From an uncultured Sphingobacteriales bacterium (GTDB lineage Bacteria; Bacteroidota; Bacteroidia; CAILMK01; CAYYUA01): DNA of 64,000 bases. The stretch covers positions 1,393 through 65,392 of the forward strand of contig CAZJWK010000005.1 of the NCBI GenBank assembly GCA_964549595.1, written 5' to 3'. Position numbers and translations under genes: made by a program. Shown piece after piece: positions 55,109 through 64,000 of this stretch. How positions within the stretch are numbered: the first letter of the stretch is position 1; each line of letters begins with the position of its first letter. The notes beneath the pieces are model-generated. The model had not been told where the DNA came from and ran no database searches. It saw only the letters and a list, made by a program, of their open reading frames with translations.

Positions 55109-55717
55109 CTACTCTTTGACAAATTTCAATTGAACCATTGCATCATTAATAATGGCTTTTTGCAAGCTTTTGTTGTCGTAATAGTAATAGTTTGTGTTAC
55201 CACTTGGGAGTTTCAGGGCATACTTCCCCGATGACTTTTCTTCTATGGGTATAAAATTGGCATAATTTTCGCTAAAAAGTTCAGACCTTCCCTTTGGCGC
55301 CCTAAAATAAAGGCAAGCCGTAGAGTACCTTGCTTTATTATGGCAAAGCTGATAAGGATCTTCCTCGTCCTTTTTTATCCGATAACAGTTACCTTTCCAA
55401 CGAATGTTTGACTTGTCCCATATTTCATCATTGACGACATTTTTTACCCGGGCTTTTACCATAAAATCCCGGTTAAAGACCACATTCAACCGAAAAACTA
55501 CATGAAACATCTTAATCAAACGGGCTTTTATATCCGATTTTATCTCATAATGGGTTTTTCCGTTTTCGACAAATTGCTTGGCGTGAAGGGTCCCGACTTT
55601 TGAATTCCCATACATTATGCTGTACTTTATTTTTTGTTCATTGTCCTCCGGATAAAATGATGAAAGTAAAATAAAGCAAAAGCCAATGAACAGTATTTTA
55701 AAAAGCCTTAATGCCAA
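55109..55717 (-). CDS. DUF6134-like exported protein
   Basis: Signal peptide, YSIMYGNSKVG, STACLYF..P, FSENY, YALKLPSGNTNYYYY. Confidence 0.65.
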   Translation of the reverse strand: MALRLFKILFIGFCFILLSSFYPEDNEQKIKYSIMYGNSKVGTLHAKQFVENGKTHYEIKSDIKARLIKMFHVVFRLNVVFNRDFMVKARVKNVVNDEIWDKSNIRWKGNCYRIKKDEEDPYQLCHNKARYSTACLYFRAPKGRSELFSENYANFIPIEEKSSGKYALKLPSGNTNYYYYDNKSLQKAIINDAMVQLKFVKE

Positions 55718-55902
55718 TTTTTTTCATGTTTTAATTAAACATTCAAAAGAATGATAAAAAACCCTGACTAATTAACGCAATGATTGGCTTTCCATTATAA
55801 AAAACCTTTTTAAGTAGGCCTTTAAGCAATACATATTTAATTCGTTTTTTGCCGGATTGGGCCTTTATCCATTAAAGAGTAGTTAAAATACCAGGCTGAG
55901 CC

Positions 55903-55929
55903 AAAAAATGCCAAATGAGGGCATTTTTT
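55903..55929. terminator. Probable intrinsic terminator downstream of the 56004 gene
   Basis: AAAAAATGCC-7 nt-GGCATTTTTT, giving U-tails on both strands. Confidence 0.55.
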
Positions 55930-56003
55930 CGATTACCATAACTTTCTACAAAAAACCTTTACCTTGTAAAGGATAAAAAAGCATAAGGGGAAAAGTAAAA
56001 TGC

Positions 56004-56969
56004 TTACCTGGGGAAATCACTTACCCCGAATTCCTTTCGGATACTACTATCTCCCAAATTATTTTTATTCCAATAATCCGTTTTGAGGGTTTTGTCTCGA
56101 ACAGCTATAGTCTTTAACTGCCGGCTATCTTCACCAAAACCGCTTTCATGTTTGTCTATCCAGCCCTGAATCCGGTAAGGGAAGGCCTTCTCATAAACAA
56201 TGGTCAGTGTCCTGGGAATTTCAGGATAATGGATCCGGTATGCCATTAATTTCTTGCCCTTAAATTGGTTGCCTTCATAAGCCTTTTGTTTAATTTCAGC
56301 TTTCTCAGGCTTTAGCTTCCTGTGCCGCAGCCTTTTAAAAAGAGTACCCGGTACCATCTTGACTGAACCGGTCGGTAAGGACTCAGGAGCTAACCGCAGG
56401 CGGGTCCATACTTCATCCTCAAGCCAAGCCCTTTCTGTTTTATAATCTTCATGGACTTCATCCTGAAAATAAGAAAAGCCCTGCCAATGGTATTCACCAT
56501 CCCGGTTATTCATTTGCAGGTAAGCATGTCCGCACCAATCCTGGGATGATGTAGTAACTTTTAAGGAATGGGGATATTTACCTCTATGTACAGGAGTGAA
56601 AACAGACATCATCATGGAGTAATCATAAAGCCCTGTTTGAAAGCGTTTGATTTTATTCAGCTTAAGTATTTTGGTAGCATTTTTACTGGGTCCTTTCTCA
56701 TGTTTGACCTGCTTATCCGTCAAAAAATCCTCGGTTACAAAAATTAAAATTGCTTCACCCGGATTTTTCTGGCCGTAGCGTCCTTGTTTGAGCTTGAAAT
56801 GGCTCAACTCTGCTTCGCCGGCATACCAATAGTCCTTGAATTCCGGAGAAAGCCGAACTTTTGAGGAAGATTCCTTTTTGCCCTCTTCTCCTTTGGGCTG
56901 TGAGTTACAAGCCGTTGTTAAAGCAACAAAAAAAGCCAGAATAAACAGGTTAGTATTTAAATTAGGCAT
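56004..56969 (-). CDS. Conserved Bacteroidota lipoprotein of unknown function (often mislabelled 'septum formation inhibitor Maf')
   Basis: Lipobox LTTA-C; YWYAGEAEL, QGRYG, ILIFVTEDF, KLN...FQTGLYDYS, SQDWCGH. ATG 56969 is preferred over 57110. Confidence 0.7.
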   Translation of the reverse strand: MPNLNTNLFILAFFVALTTACNSQPKGEEGKKESSSKVRLSPEFKDYWYAGEAELSHFKLKQGRYGQKNPGEAILIFVTEDFLTDKQVKHEKGPSKNATKILKLNKIKRFQTGLYDYSMMMSVFTPVHRGKYPHSLKVTTSSQDWCGHAYLQMNNRDGEYHWQGFSYFQDEVHEDYKTERAWLEDEVWTRLRLAPESLPTGSVKMVPGTLFKRLRHRKLKPEKAEIKQKAYEGNQFKGKKLMAYRIHYPEIPRTLTIVYEKAFPYRIQGWIDKHESGFGEDSRQLKTIAVRDKTLKTDYWNKNNLGDSSIRKEFGVSDFPR

Positions 56970-57099
56970 GATTATTTTTTTGGGTTTTCCTAACCACAAA
57001 AAAAACAAATACCTCAAAGAAAACCTTGAATATATAGTTATAAGAGAGGAAATACATCCTCCCTTATTTTTGACTAAAAGGCTTAATCCTAACCCATGC

Positions 57100-57504
57100 T
57101 TATTCCTCACTGCCCTCTTTTCCTTGTAATTCTTCTTCCAGGAGATTAATGCCCGCTACTGTTAAAGCACCCCCGATTAAGGCAATATTTTTCAGAATGG
57201 CCTGTAATTGCTGTTGAAATTGGTCACCACCTTCAGCCCCTATCATCATAGGCAAATGAACGCCAAGGATAAAAGCCAATAACATTAAGGCCAATAACAA
57301 TGCAGCCAGTTTTACTTTTTTATTGATAAAAAAGGCAATGGCCGCTAAAATGTGGCCGAGACCGGTCAAGTAAACCCAGAATTGGCCTGGTGGAATGGCT
57401 ACCATTTCACCCATCTGGGAAGCTTTCATAAAATGAAAAATGCCGAAAATTAAAAAAGGAATGCCAAAAATAATACGTGCAACAGAGGTAGTAAGGAGTC
57501 TCAT
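57100..57504 (-). CDS. DoxX family membrane protein
   Basis: ARIIFGIPFLIFGIFHF, 4 TM helices, LKNIALIGGAL. Confidence 0.82.
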   Translation of the reverse strand: MRLLTTSVARIIFGIPFLIFGIFHFMKASQMGEMVAIPPGQFWVYLTGLGHILAAIAFFINKKVKLAALLLALMLLAFILGVHLPMMIGAEGGDQFQQQLQAILKNIALIGGALTVAGINLLEEELQGKEGSEE

Positions 57505-57797
57505 AGTTTACCTTTTTTGGTTTGCAAGTATGAAATTAAAAAATAAAACAATTAATTCAAAATTTTTAGGCTTAATAAAGCCTTGGCAGATAATGCAAAA
57601 ATGAGGCAAGTCCCCACAATAAAAGTTTAAACATTTTTCTTGAATTCCCATTGGGAGTTCTTCTAATAGCTGCCGAATGATGCCTTTATTTATTCCAAAA
57701 CACAGAATCCCACAATCTATTGATAACCCGGCTTGAAAAACCTTTGAAAGCCTAATGAATTAAATGAATGGACTCCCTTTAAAATCCCTAAAATTTA

Positions 57798-57805
57798 TAT
57801 CTTTG
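57798..57805 (+). promoter_or_regulatory. -7 promoter element for pccB
   Basis: TATCTTTG 41 bp upstream of the ATG. Confidence 0.55.
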
Positions 57806-57846
57806 CCGGTTTCAGAAAGGCATTAACACCCAATAAATCCGATTTT

Positions 57847-59403
57847 ATGAGTAGCACCAATCAGCAAAAATTTGATGAGCTCAGACAAAAACGTGAAGAA
57901 GCAAAGCAAGGAGGTGGACAAGATCGGATCGATAAGCAACATGAAAAAGGTAAGTTAACGGCCCGCGAGCGCATTCATTTTTTGGTTGATGAAGGCTCCT
58001 TTGAAGAAATCGATGCTTTTAAGCAACACCGGAGTACCGACTTCGGCCTGGATAAGCAACAATACCTCGGGGACGGAGTGGTTACCGGTTATGGTACCAT
58101 AAATGAAAGATTGGTATACCTATTCTCACAGGATTTCACGGTTTTTGGGGGCTCCCTATCTGAAACCCATGCCGAAAAGATCTGCAAGGTCATGGATCTG
58201 GCCATGCAAAACGGAGCGCCCGTTATTGGCCTCAATGATTCGGGAGGAGCCCGCATACAAGAGGGCGTTACCTCATTAGCCGGCTATGCGGATATTTTTT
58301 ACCGAAATACCCGCGCATCCGGAATTATTCCGCAAATATCAGCCATTATGGGTCCCTGCGCTGGGGGTGCTGTTTACTCGCCCGCTATCACCGATTTTAC
58401 GTTTATGGTGGAGGAAACCTCCTACATGTTTGTAACAGGACCGAATGTAGTGAAAACGGTTACCCATGAGGATGTAACGGCTGAAGACCTGGGCGGTGCT
58501 GATACCCATGCTACCAAATCCGGTGTGACGCATTTTGCTTCCAAAAATGAATTAACCTGCATTGAAGATATCAAACAACTGCTCAGTTATATCCCGCAAA
58601 ATTGCGAAGAACAACCACCGAATCTTCAATACGAAGGAAAGGAAGATGAGACCCATTCTGCCCTTAACGATATCATACCCGAAAACCCCAACCAACCTTA
58701 TGACATGAGGGAAGTGATAAACGGGGTACTGGACAAGGATTCCTTCATGGAGATCCAAAAGGATTTTGCAGAAAACATCGTTATCGGCTTGGGCCGGATT
58801 GGTGGCCGAAGCATTGGAATCGTGGCCAATCAGCCTCAACATTTAGCCGGTGTGCTGGATATCAATGCATCCACAAAAGGTGCCCGTTTCGTGAGGTTTT
58901 GCGATTCTTTTAACATCCCCCTTTTAACTTTTGAAGACGTACCCGGTTTCTTACCCGGAACCGACCAGGAATGGAACGGTATCATAAAAAATGGGGCCAA
59001 ATTGCTTTATGCATTTGCTGAAGCCACTGTGCCACGGGCTACCGTCATTACCAGAAAGGCATACGGCGGCGCTTACGATGTAATGAACTCCAAGCACATC
59101 GGTGCCGACCTCAATTTTGCCTGGCCAACGGCTGAAATCGCTGTAATGGGTCCTAAAGGAGCAGCGGAAATTATTTTCCGAAAAGAAATCAAAGAAGCAG
59201 AAGACCCGGAGGCCAAACTCCAGGAAAAAATGGAAGAGTATTCCGATATGTTTGCCCATCCGTATAAAGCGGCTGCCAGAGGGTTCATTGATGACGTGAT
59301 TAAGCCAGAGGAAACGCGGATTAAACTCATGAAAGGCTTTAAAATGCTGGAAAACAAGGTGGATAATTTACCACGGAAAAAGCACGGGAATATTCCCCTT
59401 TAA
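57847..59403 (+). CDS. pccB: Acyl-CoA (propionyl-CoA) carboxylase beta subunit
   Basis: [65 protein letters not shown]. Confidence 0.95.
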   Translation: MSSTNQQKFDELRQKREEAKQGGGQDRIDKQHEKGKLTARERIHFLVDEGSFEEIDAFKQHRSTDFGLDKQQYLGDGVVTGYGTINERLVYLFSQDFTVFGGSLSETHAEKICKVMDLAMQNGAPVIGLNDSGGARIQEGVTSLAGYADIFYRNTRASGIIPQISAIMGPCAGGAVYSPAITDFTFMVEETSYMFVTGPNVVKTVTHEDVTAEDLGGADTHATKSGVTHFASKNELTCIEDIKQLLSYIPQNCEEQPPNLQYEGKEDETHSALNDIIPENPNQPYDMREVINGVLDKDSFMEIQKDFAENIVIGLGRIGGRSIGIVANQPQHLAGVLDINASTKGARFVRFCDSFNIPLLTFEDVPGFLPGTDQEWNGIIKNGAKLLYAFAEATVPRATVITRKAYGGAYDVMNSKHIGADLNFAWPTAEIAVMGPKGAAEIIFRKEIKEAEDPEAKLQEKMEEYSDMFAHPYKAAARGFIDDVIKPEETRIKLMKGFKMLENKVDNLPRKKHGNIPL

Positions 59404-59549
59404 AGGAGTCCTTTCCCAATTCTAAGGTTATTATGAATAGGAAAATTCGAATAAAGTAAGGCTTCTTTGATATCCCGGACTAAACATGGGGCTAATATAG
59501 AATCCAGCAATTAAAGAAAGTTCACCTTATTTCCCTCACAATAAAAGCA

Positions 59550-60500
59550 TTAAAAGGCTTTATACCGGTAATTCGGCACTAAAGCCAGGGCATTTTCCTT
59601 GTCCTTATCCATTTGAGCTTTCAAACCTTCCATATCGGGGAAATGTTCGTCACCCCTTAACCATTCCAGAAATTCAACCGTAATCGAGGCACCGTAAATG
59701 TCCTCATTGAAATCAAATAAGTACACCTCAATCCTTTTATCGCCATTGGCTTTCACAGTAGGGCGATTCCCTATGTTTAACATCCCAAAAAAAGCTTGAT
59801 CCTTCACAAAAACCCGGACAAGGTAAACCCCTTCAGCCGGAATTAATTTGATTTGCTCTTCCACTTCAATATTGGCTGTGGGGTAGCCCATTGTCCTACC
59901 CAGTTTATCCCCGGTTATTACTTTACCTTTTAACCGGTAATAATGATTCAGGAACTCCGTAGCCCTCGAAACATCTCCTTCCATCAAGGCATTACGGATT
60001 TTGGTAGAGCTAACGGTCACATCATCAATTTCCTGGGGCGGAATTTGTTCAATTTCATAGCCGTAAGTTGTCGCTCCTTCCTGGAGGTCCTCAAAAGACC
60101 CCTCCCGGTTTTTCCCAAACCGGTGGTCATGGCCTATCACCAACATTCGGGTACCAAGGTTATTTACGAGCAGATCCCGAATAAATTCCACTGCAGTCAA
60201 GCGGGAAAATTCCTTGGTAAAAGGAACAACCACCACGTTTTGCAAACCAAACCTTTCTAACAACTCAATTTTTTCATTAAGCGTATTGAGTAATTTAAGG
60301 TCCGGGTTATCAGGTTGAAGCACCAATCGGGGATGGGGCCAAAAAGTCAAAAGCAAGCTTTCTCCTTCTTTTTGCCTTGCCAAGGTATTAAGGCGGTCAA
60401 GGATTTTCTGGTGCCCAATGTGAACGCCATCAAAAGTCCCGATAGTAACCACAGGATTTCTGACTTTTTCGTAGTCTTCCAGACTCCGGAATATTCTCAT
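59550..60500 (-). CDS. ribF: Bifunctional riboflavin kinase / FAD synthetase
   Basis: TIGTFDGVHIGHQ, TFWPHP, IGHDHRFG, VSSTKIR, GYPTAN, NIGNRPTV; ATGA overlap with the truB stop. Confidence 0.95.
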   Translation of the reverse strand: MRIFRSLEDYEKVRNPVVTIGTFDGVHIGHQKILDRLNTLARQKEGESLLLTFWPHPRLVLQPDNPDLKLLNTLNEKIELLERFGLQNVVVVPFTKEFSRLTAVEFIRDLLVNNLGTRMLVIGHDHRFGKNREGSFEDLQEGATTYGYEIEQIPPQEIDDVTVSSTKIRNALMEGDVSRATEFLNHYYRLKGKVITGDKLGRTMGYPTANIEVEEQIKLIPAEGVYLVRVFVKDQAFFGMLNIGNRPTVKANGDKRIEVYLFDFNEDIYGASITVEFLEWLRGDEHFPDMEGLKAQMDKDKENALALVPNYRYKAF

Positions 60501-61222
60501 GACAAGGTGTTGCTTTTCGTTTGCTCAAAAAGTTGTTTTAGCTCCGTCAAGTTGAATGCTTTTTCAACCCGGTAATCCCCTATTTCCGTTCGCCTCAAGG
60601 CAGTGACATAAGCTCCGGACCGGAGGTAATTACCAAAATCACGCGCCAAACTTCTGACATATGTGCCTTTGCTACAGTGTAACCTGATATGCACATCCGG
60701 CCAATCAATGTGCTCTATACTTAACTCATAAACCTCCACCGGTTTGGATTGGGTTTTCACTTTTTTACCCTTCCTGGCTTCCTCATAGGCGCGTTTTCCA
60801 CCTACTTTGACAGCCGAATAATCAGGAGGCGTTTGTGCCAAACTTCCTTCAAAGCAAGATGCCGCTTCTTTTACACTGTCCTCATCAAGGTGCTCAAGGG
60901 CAAATTCCTGGTCAATTTCTGTATCAGCATCAAAGGAGGGCGTAGTAGCCCCTAACCGGAAAGTGGCTTCATACGTTTTGGGAAGCTTTTGAAAATCCTC
61001 GATGCTTTTGGTCATCTTACCCGTACAAAGAATAAGCAGTCCTGTTGCAACGGGATCTAAAGTACCGGCATGACCAACTTTCTTCACATAGCCAGGATAA
61101 TTTTCCCTTACAAACTTTACTACTTGAAAGGAAGTCCAGTTTTGGGGTTTATCTACCAGAAGAAAATTTCCCTGGTTAAAATCCAACGCCTTAGGCCAAT
61201 GATGTTTATCAATCTTTGTCAT
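60497..61222 (-). CDS. truB: tRNA pseudouridine(55) synthase
   Basis: LVDKPQNWTSF, KVGHAGTLDPVATG, PPDYSAVKVGG, CSKGTYVRSLA, LRRT. ATG 61222 is preferred over 61312. Confidence 0.95.
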   Translation of the reverse strand: MTKIDKHHWPKALDFNQGNFLLVDKPQNWTSFQVVKFVRENYPGYVKKVGHAGTLDPVATGLLILCTGKMTKSIEDFQKLPKTYEATFRLGATTPSFDADTEIDQEFALEHLDEDSVKEAASCFEGSLAQTPPDYSAVKVGGKRAYEEARKGKKVKTQSKPVEVYELSIEHIDWPDVHIRLHCSKGTYVRSLARDFGNYLRSGAYVTALRRTEIGDYRVEKAFNLTELKQLFEQTKSNTLS

Positions 61223-61277
61223 TTTTAGCTTGCAAAGGCTTTGTTTTAACAGGCAAATTTGCGGATTTTCCCTCTGA

Positions 61278-62069
61278 TTAAACCAGTGCGCTAATGATAG
61301 CCACAACGCCAATCATCAAGCAATAAAAACTAAAGTAAATAATTTTGCCCTTACGCACCAGTGCAACCATCCATCTGCAAGCCGCCACTCCTGCTAAAAA
61401 GGCCCCTAAAAAACCGGCAAACATAGGCCAGAAATCGGCATTTCCAGCACTCGGATCCTCCACAAGGGCTTTCACTTTCAAAGCGGTAGCCCCGAGGATG
61501 GGTAACAAAACCATCAAAAAAGAAAACCGGGTAGCCTGATCCCGCTTTATACCTAATAACAAGGCCGTACCAATGGTAGCTCCGGAACGGGAAATACCCG
61601 GGATAACGGCAAATGCCTGCGCTAAACCTATGATCAAGGCATGGCCAAACCCGACTTTTTTATCCTGCCTCCGGGCTAATAGGGTCAAATACAAAATAGT
61701 GGCAGTAATTAACAACATGGAACCCACAAGGAGCAACCTTCCTGAAAATAAGGCATCCACTTCCTCTTCCCATAGCACCCCGACAATAGCTACCGGAATC
61801 ATAGAGATGACAAGTTTCAATACGTATTTATTGCTATCAGTCCAATTTAGGGGAAATAAATTCCTCAGCAAGGCATAAATGTCCTTATAAAAAACGACAA
61901 TCGTGCTAAGTACTGTGGCCCCGTGAACCAGGACCGTAAAGGTAAGGGTATCATGAGCTTTAACACCAAGAAGCACCTTCCCTAATTCAATATGCCCACT
62001 GCTACTAACCGGTAAAAACTCGGTCAGGCCTTGCACGATGCCTAAAATCAGGGCTTCAAGGACGGACAT
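61278..62069 (-). CDS. uppP: Undecaprenyl-diphosphate phosphatase
   Basis: GIVQGLTEFLPVSSSGH, PGISRSGATI, ATRFSFLM. Confidence 0.95.
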   Translation of the reverse strand: MSVLEALILGIVQGLTEFLPVSSSGHIELGKVLLGVKAHDTLTFTVLVHGATVLSTIVVFYKDIYALLRNLFPLNWTDSNKYVLKLVISMIPVAIVGVLWEEEVDALFSGRLLLVGSMLLITATILYLTLLARRQDKKVGFGHALIIGLAQAFAVIPGISRSGATIGTALLLGIKRDQATRFSFLMVLLPILGATALKVKALVEDPSAGNADFWPMFAGFLGAFLAGVAACRWMVALVRKGKIIYFSFYCLMIGVVAIISALV

Positions 62070-62100
62070 GTTCAGAACAAGTAAAGATTACAAGGCAGGA

Positions 62101-62409
62101 TTACTCTTCTTTTTGTGCTTCTTTAGCCGATTTTGGGGTTTTCATGATGGCATAAATCTCTAAAATATAGCCGAACATCACCACAATAGGGGCAAGTGTT
62201 ATTTTGCGGAAACTATAAATATTAGTGTCTCCGGACATTAGGATGTAACCAATGATGATGATTACAAATCCAATGGCCATAAGATAAAAATTATCCCGGC
62301 CCAACGGAAATTCAATATGCTTGTTATTTGAGGTTGCTTTTCCCTTGCTCCCGGTTTTGCTTTGATTCGCTGTTTGCTGCTTTTTCCCTTGTCTCTGTTG
62401 TTTTGCCAT
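62101..62409 (-). CDS. DUF3098 family membrane protein
   Basis: NFYLMAIG...GYILMSG, IYSFRKITLAP, YAIM; canonical position between ftsX and uppP. Confidence 0.82.
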   Translation of the reverse strand: MAKQQRQGKKQQTANQSKTGSKGKATSNNKHIEFPLGRDNFYLMAIGFVIIIIGYILMSGDTNIYSFRKITLAPIVVMFGYILEIYAIMKTPKSAKEAQKEE

Positions 62410-62437
62410 TAGAATTAACCTTGCTGCTTAAGCCCTT

Positions 62438-62470
62438 CAAAATTACGAAATAATTCCAAAAACCTGCAAA
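62438..62470 (-). promoter_or_regulatory. Full Bacteroidota promoter consensus TTTG-N21-TAnnTTTG for DUF3098-uppP-truB-ribF
   Basis: Minus-strand TTTG (62467-62470), 21-nt spacer, TAATTTTG (62438-62445). Confidence 0.65.
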
Positions 62471-62624
62471 TGAAATGCGGATAACGTTGAGAATTGCTCA
62501 AACCGGTAATGGAAAAACCAGCTTTTGAAGCTTTATTAGGAATCTTTAACTACCAATAAATGCGCACGGGTTCGTTTTTCATTGCCCGCCAACTAATACC
62601 CTACACGTTAATGAAGACTCAGGA

Positions 62625-63488
62625 TCAATATAAATCCTCTAATTTCATTTTCAGGTACTTGTTAATAGAAAACAGGCCGCTCAAACCCGTAATAAGGCTA
62701 CCTAAAATTAACATACTACCGAATAGTATAAGGTAAAAAGCACTATGCCCGAACAAATCCATAAAAGGCACCATATCCTGCAAAAAATAAAGGATCAAAA
62801 TCAACAATAGAGAAGCCAAGAAACCTCCAAGCAAACCATGCAACATGGAACGATAGACAAAAGGCTTGCGAATAAACCAACGGCTTGCACCCACTAATTG
62901 CATGGATTTTATAAGAAACCGGCTTGAATAGAGGCTGAGTCTTATGGTACTGTTAATCAAAGCTATTGCAATCAAAAGGAAAATGACCGCCAATCCAAGC
63001 ACAATAAAGCTCGCAATCCTTATATATCTGTCAATATTTTCGACCAAAGCTTTTTCGTAAAACACTTCCTTCACCTGGTTATTGGCTTCCCACTTTTCTT
63101 TGAATTGCTGCAGGGTATCTGCATTGGTAAAGTCCGCATTAAAATAAACATCAAGGGATGGGGGATAGGGGTTATAACCAAGCAATTCTCCTGCCTCTTC
63201 ACCCAGGTTTTTTGCCATTATTTGCCGGGCCTCTTGCTTACTGATGTAATGAATTTCCTTGATGGCCTTTTTATCCTCCAGGCTTTTTTTGATACGGAAA
63301 ATATCCGGTTCATTGGCATCCTTCATAAAGTAAATGCTAACCTGGACATTCTCCTTGAGGAAATTTTTTACCTGATTACCATGAAAAATCATTAAGGCTA
63401 AAAGGCCGACCAAAAATAAAACCAAGGTAATGCTAATGGTAGTGGAAATGTAAGAAACTTTTCGGCGCCTTTTGGGTTGAACTTTCAA
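62625..63488 (-). CDS. ftsX: Cell division permease FtsX
   Basis: ISTTISITLVLF, LGYNPYP, INSTIRLSLYSSRFLIKSMQLVGA, FIRKPF; TTG start. Confidence 0.92.
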   Translation of the reverse strand: MKVQPKRRRKVSYISTTISITLVLFLVGLLALMIFHGNQVKNFLKENVQVSIYFMKDANEPDIFRIKKSLEDKKAIKEIHYISKQEARQIMAKNLGEEAGELLGYNPYPPSLDVYFNADFTNADTLQQFKEKWEANNQVKEVFYEKALVENIDRYIRIASFIVLGLAVIFLLIAIALINSTIRLSLYSSRFLIKSMQLVGASRWFIRKPFVYRSMLHGLLGGFLASLLLILILYFLQDMVPFMDLFGHSAFYLILFGSMLILGSLITGLSGLFSINKYLKMKLEDLY

Positions 63489-63627
63489 GCGTTAAACATT
63501 TTGAATGGTCGGTGCTAAATTATGAAATAGGCAAAGAAGTTGGAGAAAAAAACTTTAAGACCTGACAAGTTCGTTCTATCGCAAAATTTATGGATATCAG
63601 GAAAATGCTATAATTCAGGAAGAAACG

Positions 63628-63655
63628 GGAATTGATTTTGAAAGCATCAAATTCC
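63628..63655 (-). terminator. Possible terminator hairpin after the receiver-domain gene
   Basis: GGAATTGAT...ATCAAATTCC imperfect inverted repeat 18 bp past the stop. Confidence 0.4.
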
Positions 63656-63673
63656 TGTTACTTACCCGGGAAA

Positions 63674-64000
63674 TCAGGTTTTTGTTTTGCTAAGATGCGC
63701 CCCCCATCTTTCCAATAAATCTTTAATGGCCTCAATTTTAAAGGGTTTACTCACATAGTCATCCATACCAGCTTCCTGATACCTTTCACGTGCGCCTTCC
63801 ATGGCATCTGCCGTCAATGCAATAATAACCGGAGATTGTTTTAACTCCAATTCATTCCGAATGACTTTTGTAGCCTGGATACCATCTTTGTTAGGCATTT
63901 GAACATCCATCAAGATCAAGTTGTAACTATCCGGCTTATTTTTCAACTCCTCGATCACTTCATTGCCATCCTCCACTGCAACGGGCTGAAATCCAAATTT
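63674..64000 (-). CDS. Response-regulator receiver domain, probably the C-terminus of a hybrid sensor kinase (enters from outside the window)
   Basis: Frame is open to the window edge (KFGFQPVAVEDG...); LILMDVQMP phosphoacceptor, ALTA, GMDDYVSKP. Confidence 0.85.
   Translation of the reverse strand, partial: KFGFQPVAVEDGNEVIEELKNKPDSYNLILMDVQMPNKDGIQATKVIRNELELKQSPVIIALTADAMEGARERYQEAGMDDYVSKPFKIEAIKDLLERWGAHLSKTKT

Noticed and set aside
1900-56560. WCG motif shared by the WG-protein C-terminal domain (SWCGNS) and the Maf-labelled lipoprotein (DWCGH)
   Set aside because: Three-residue coincidence in otherwise unrelated contexts.
62625-63488. ftsX without an adjacent ftsE
   Set aside because: Separation of ftsE and ftsX is normal in Bacteroidota.

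Overview
Chromosomal window from a Bacteroidota bacterium. The assignment rests on repeated TAnnTTTG -7 promoter elements, a T9SS type-A C-terminal domain, lipoproteins with acidic export signals, and phylum-typical synteny blocks (folP-cdaA/DUF1599-BT_3928-dppB; DUF3822-rsmD; panD-panC/glgA-like-DUF4270-glmS; ftsX-DUF3098-uppP-truB-ribF). It holds about 55 CDS, mostly housekeeping and envelope genes, plus one tRNA-Gly(CCC). No CRISPR array, IS, integrase or phage gene was seen. The most striking structure lies just downstream of the tRNA: two tandem T9SS-secreted proteins with clearly diverged 7-bladed FG-GAP propellers share a 1236-bp, near-identical DNA cassette (Cys-paired stalk repeats, T9SS CTD and 32 bp past the stop; offset 2477 bp), i.e. 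variable heads on a constant secretion stalk. Other leads: a split MnmC-like tRNA modification pair, an iodotyrosine-deiodinase-type flavoprotein, a DAHP synthase inserted into a conserved locus with a His-to-Gln metal-ligand change, a GT-C+TPR membrane glycosyltransferase, a candidate lipid-linked glycan operon, a ComEA-like HhH/beta-barrel cluster, a TrmN-like methyltransferase next to the tRNA, and a split, order-reversed phosphotransferase/AAA_33 pair. All family assignments come from motif recognition by eye; no database search was run.
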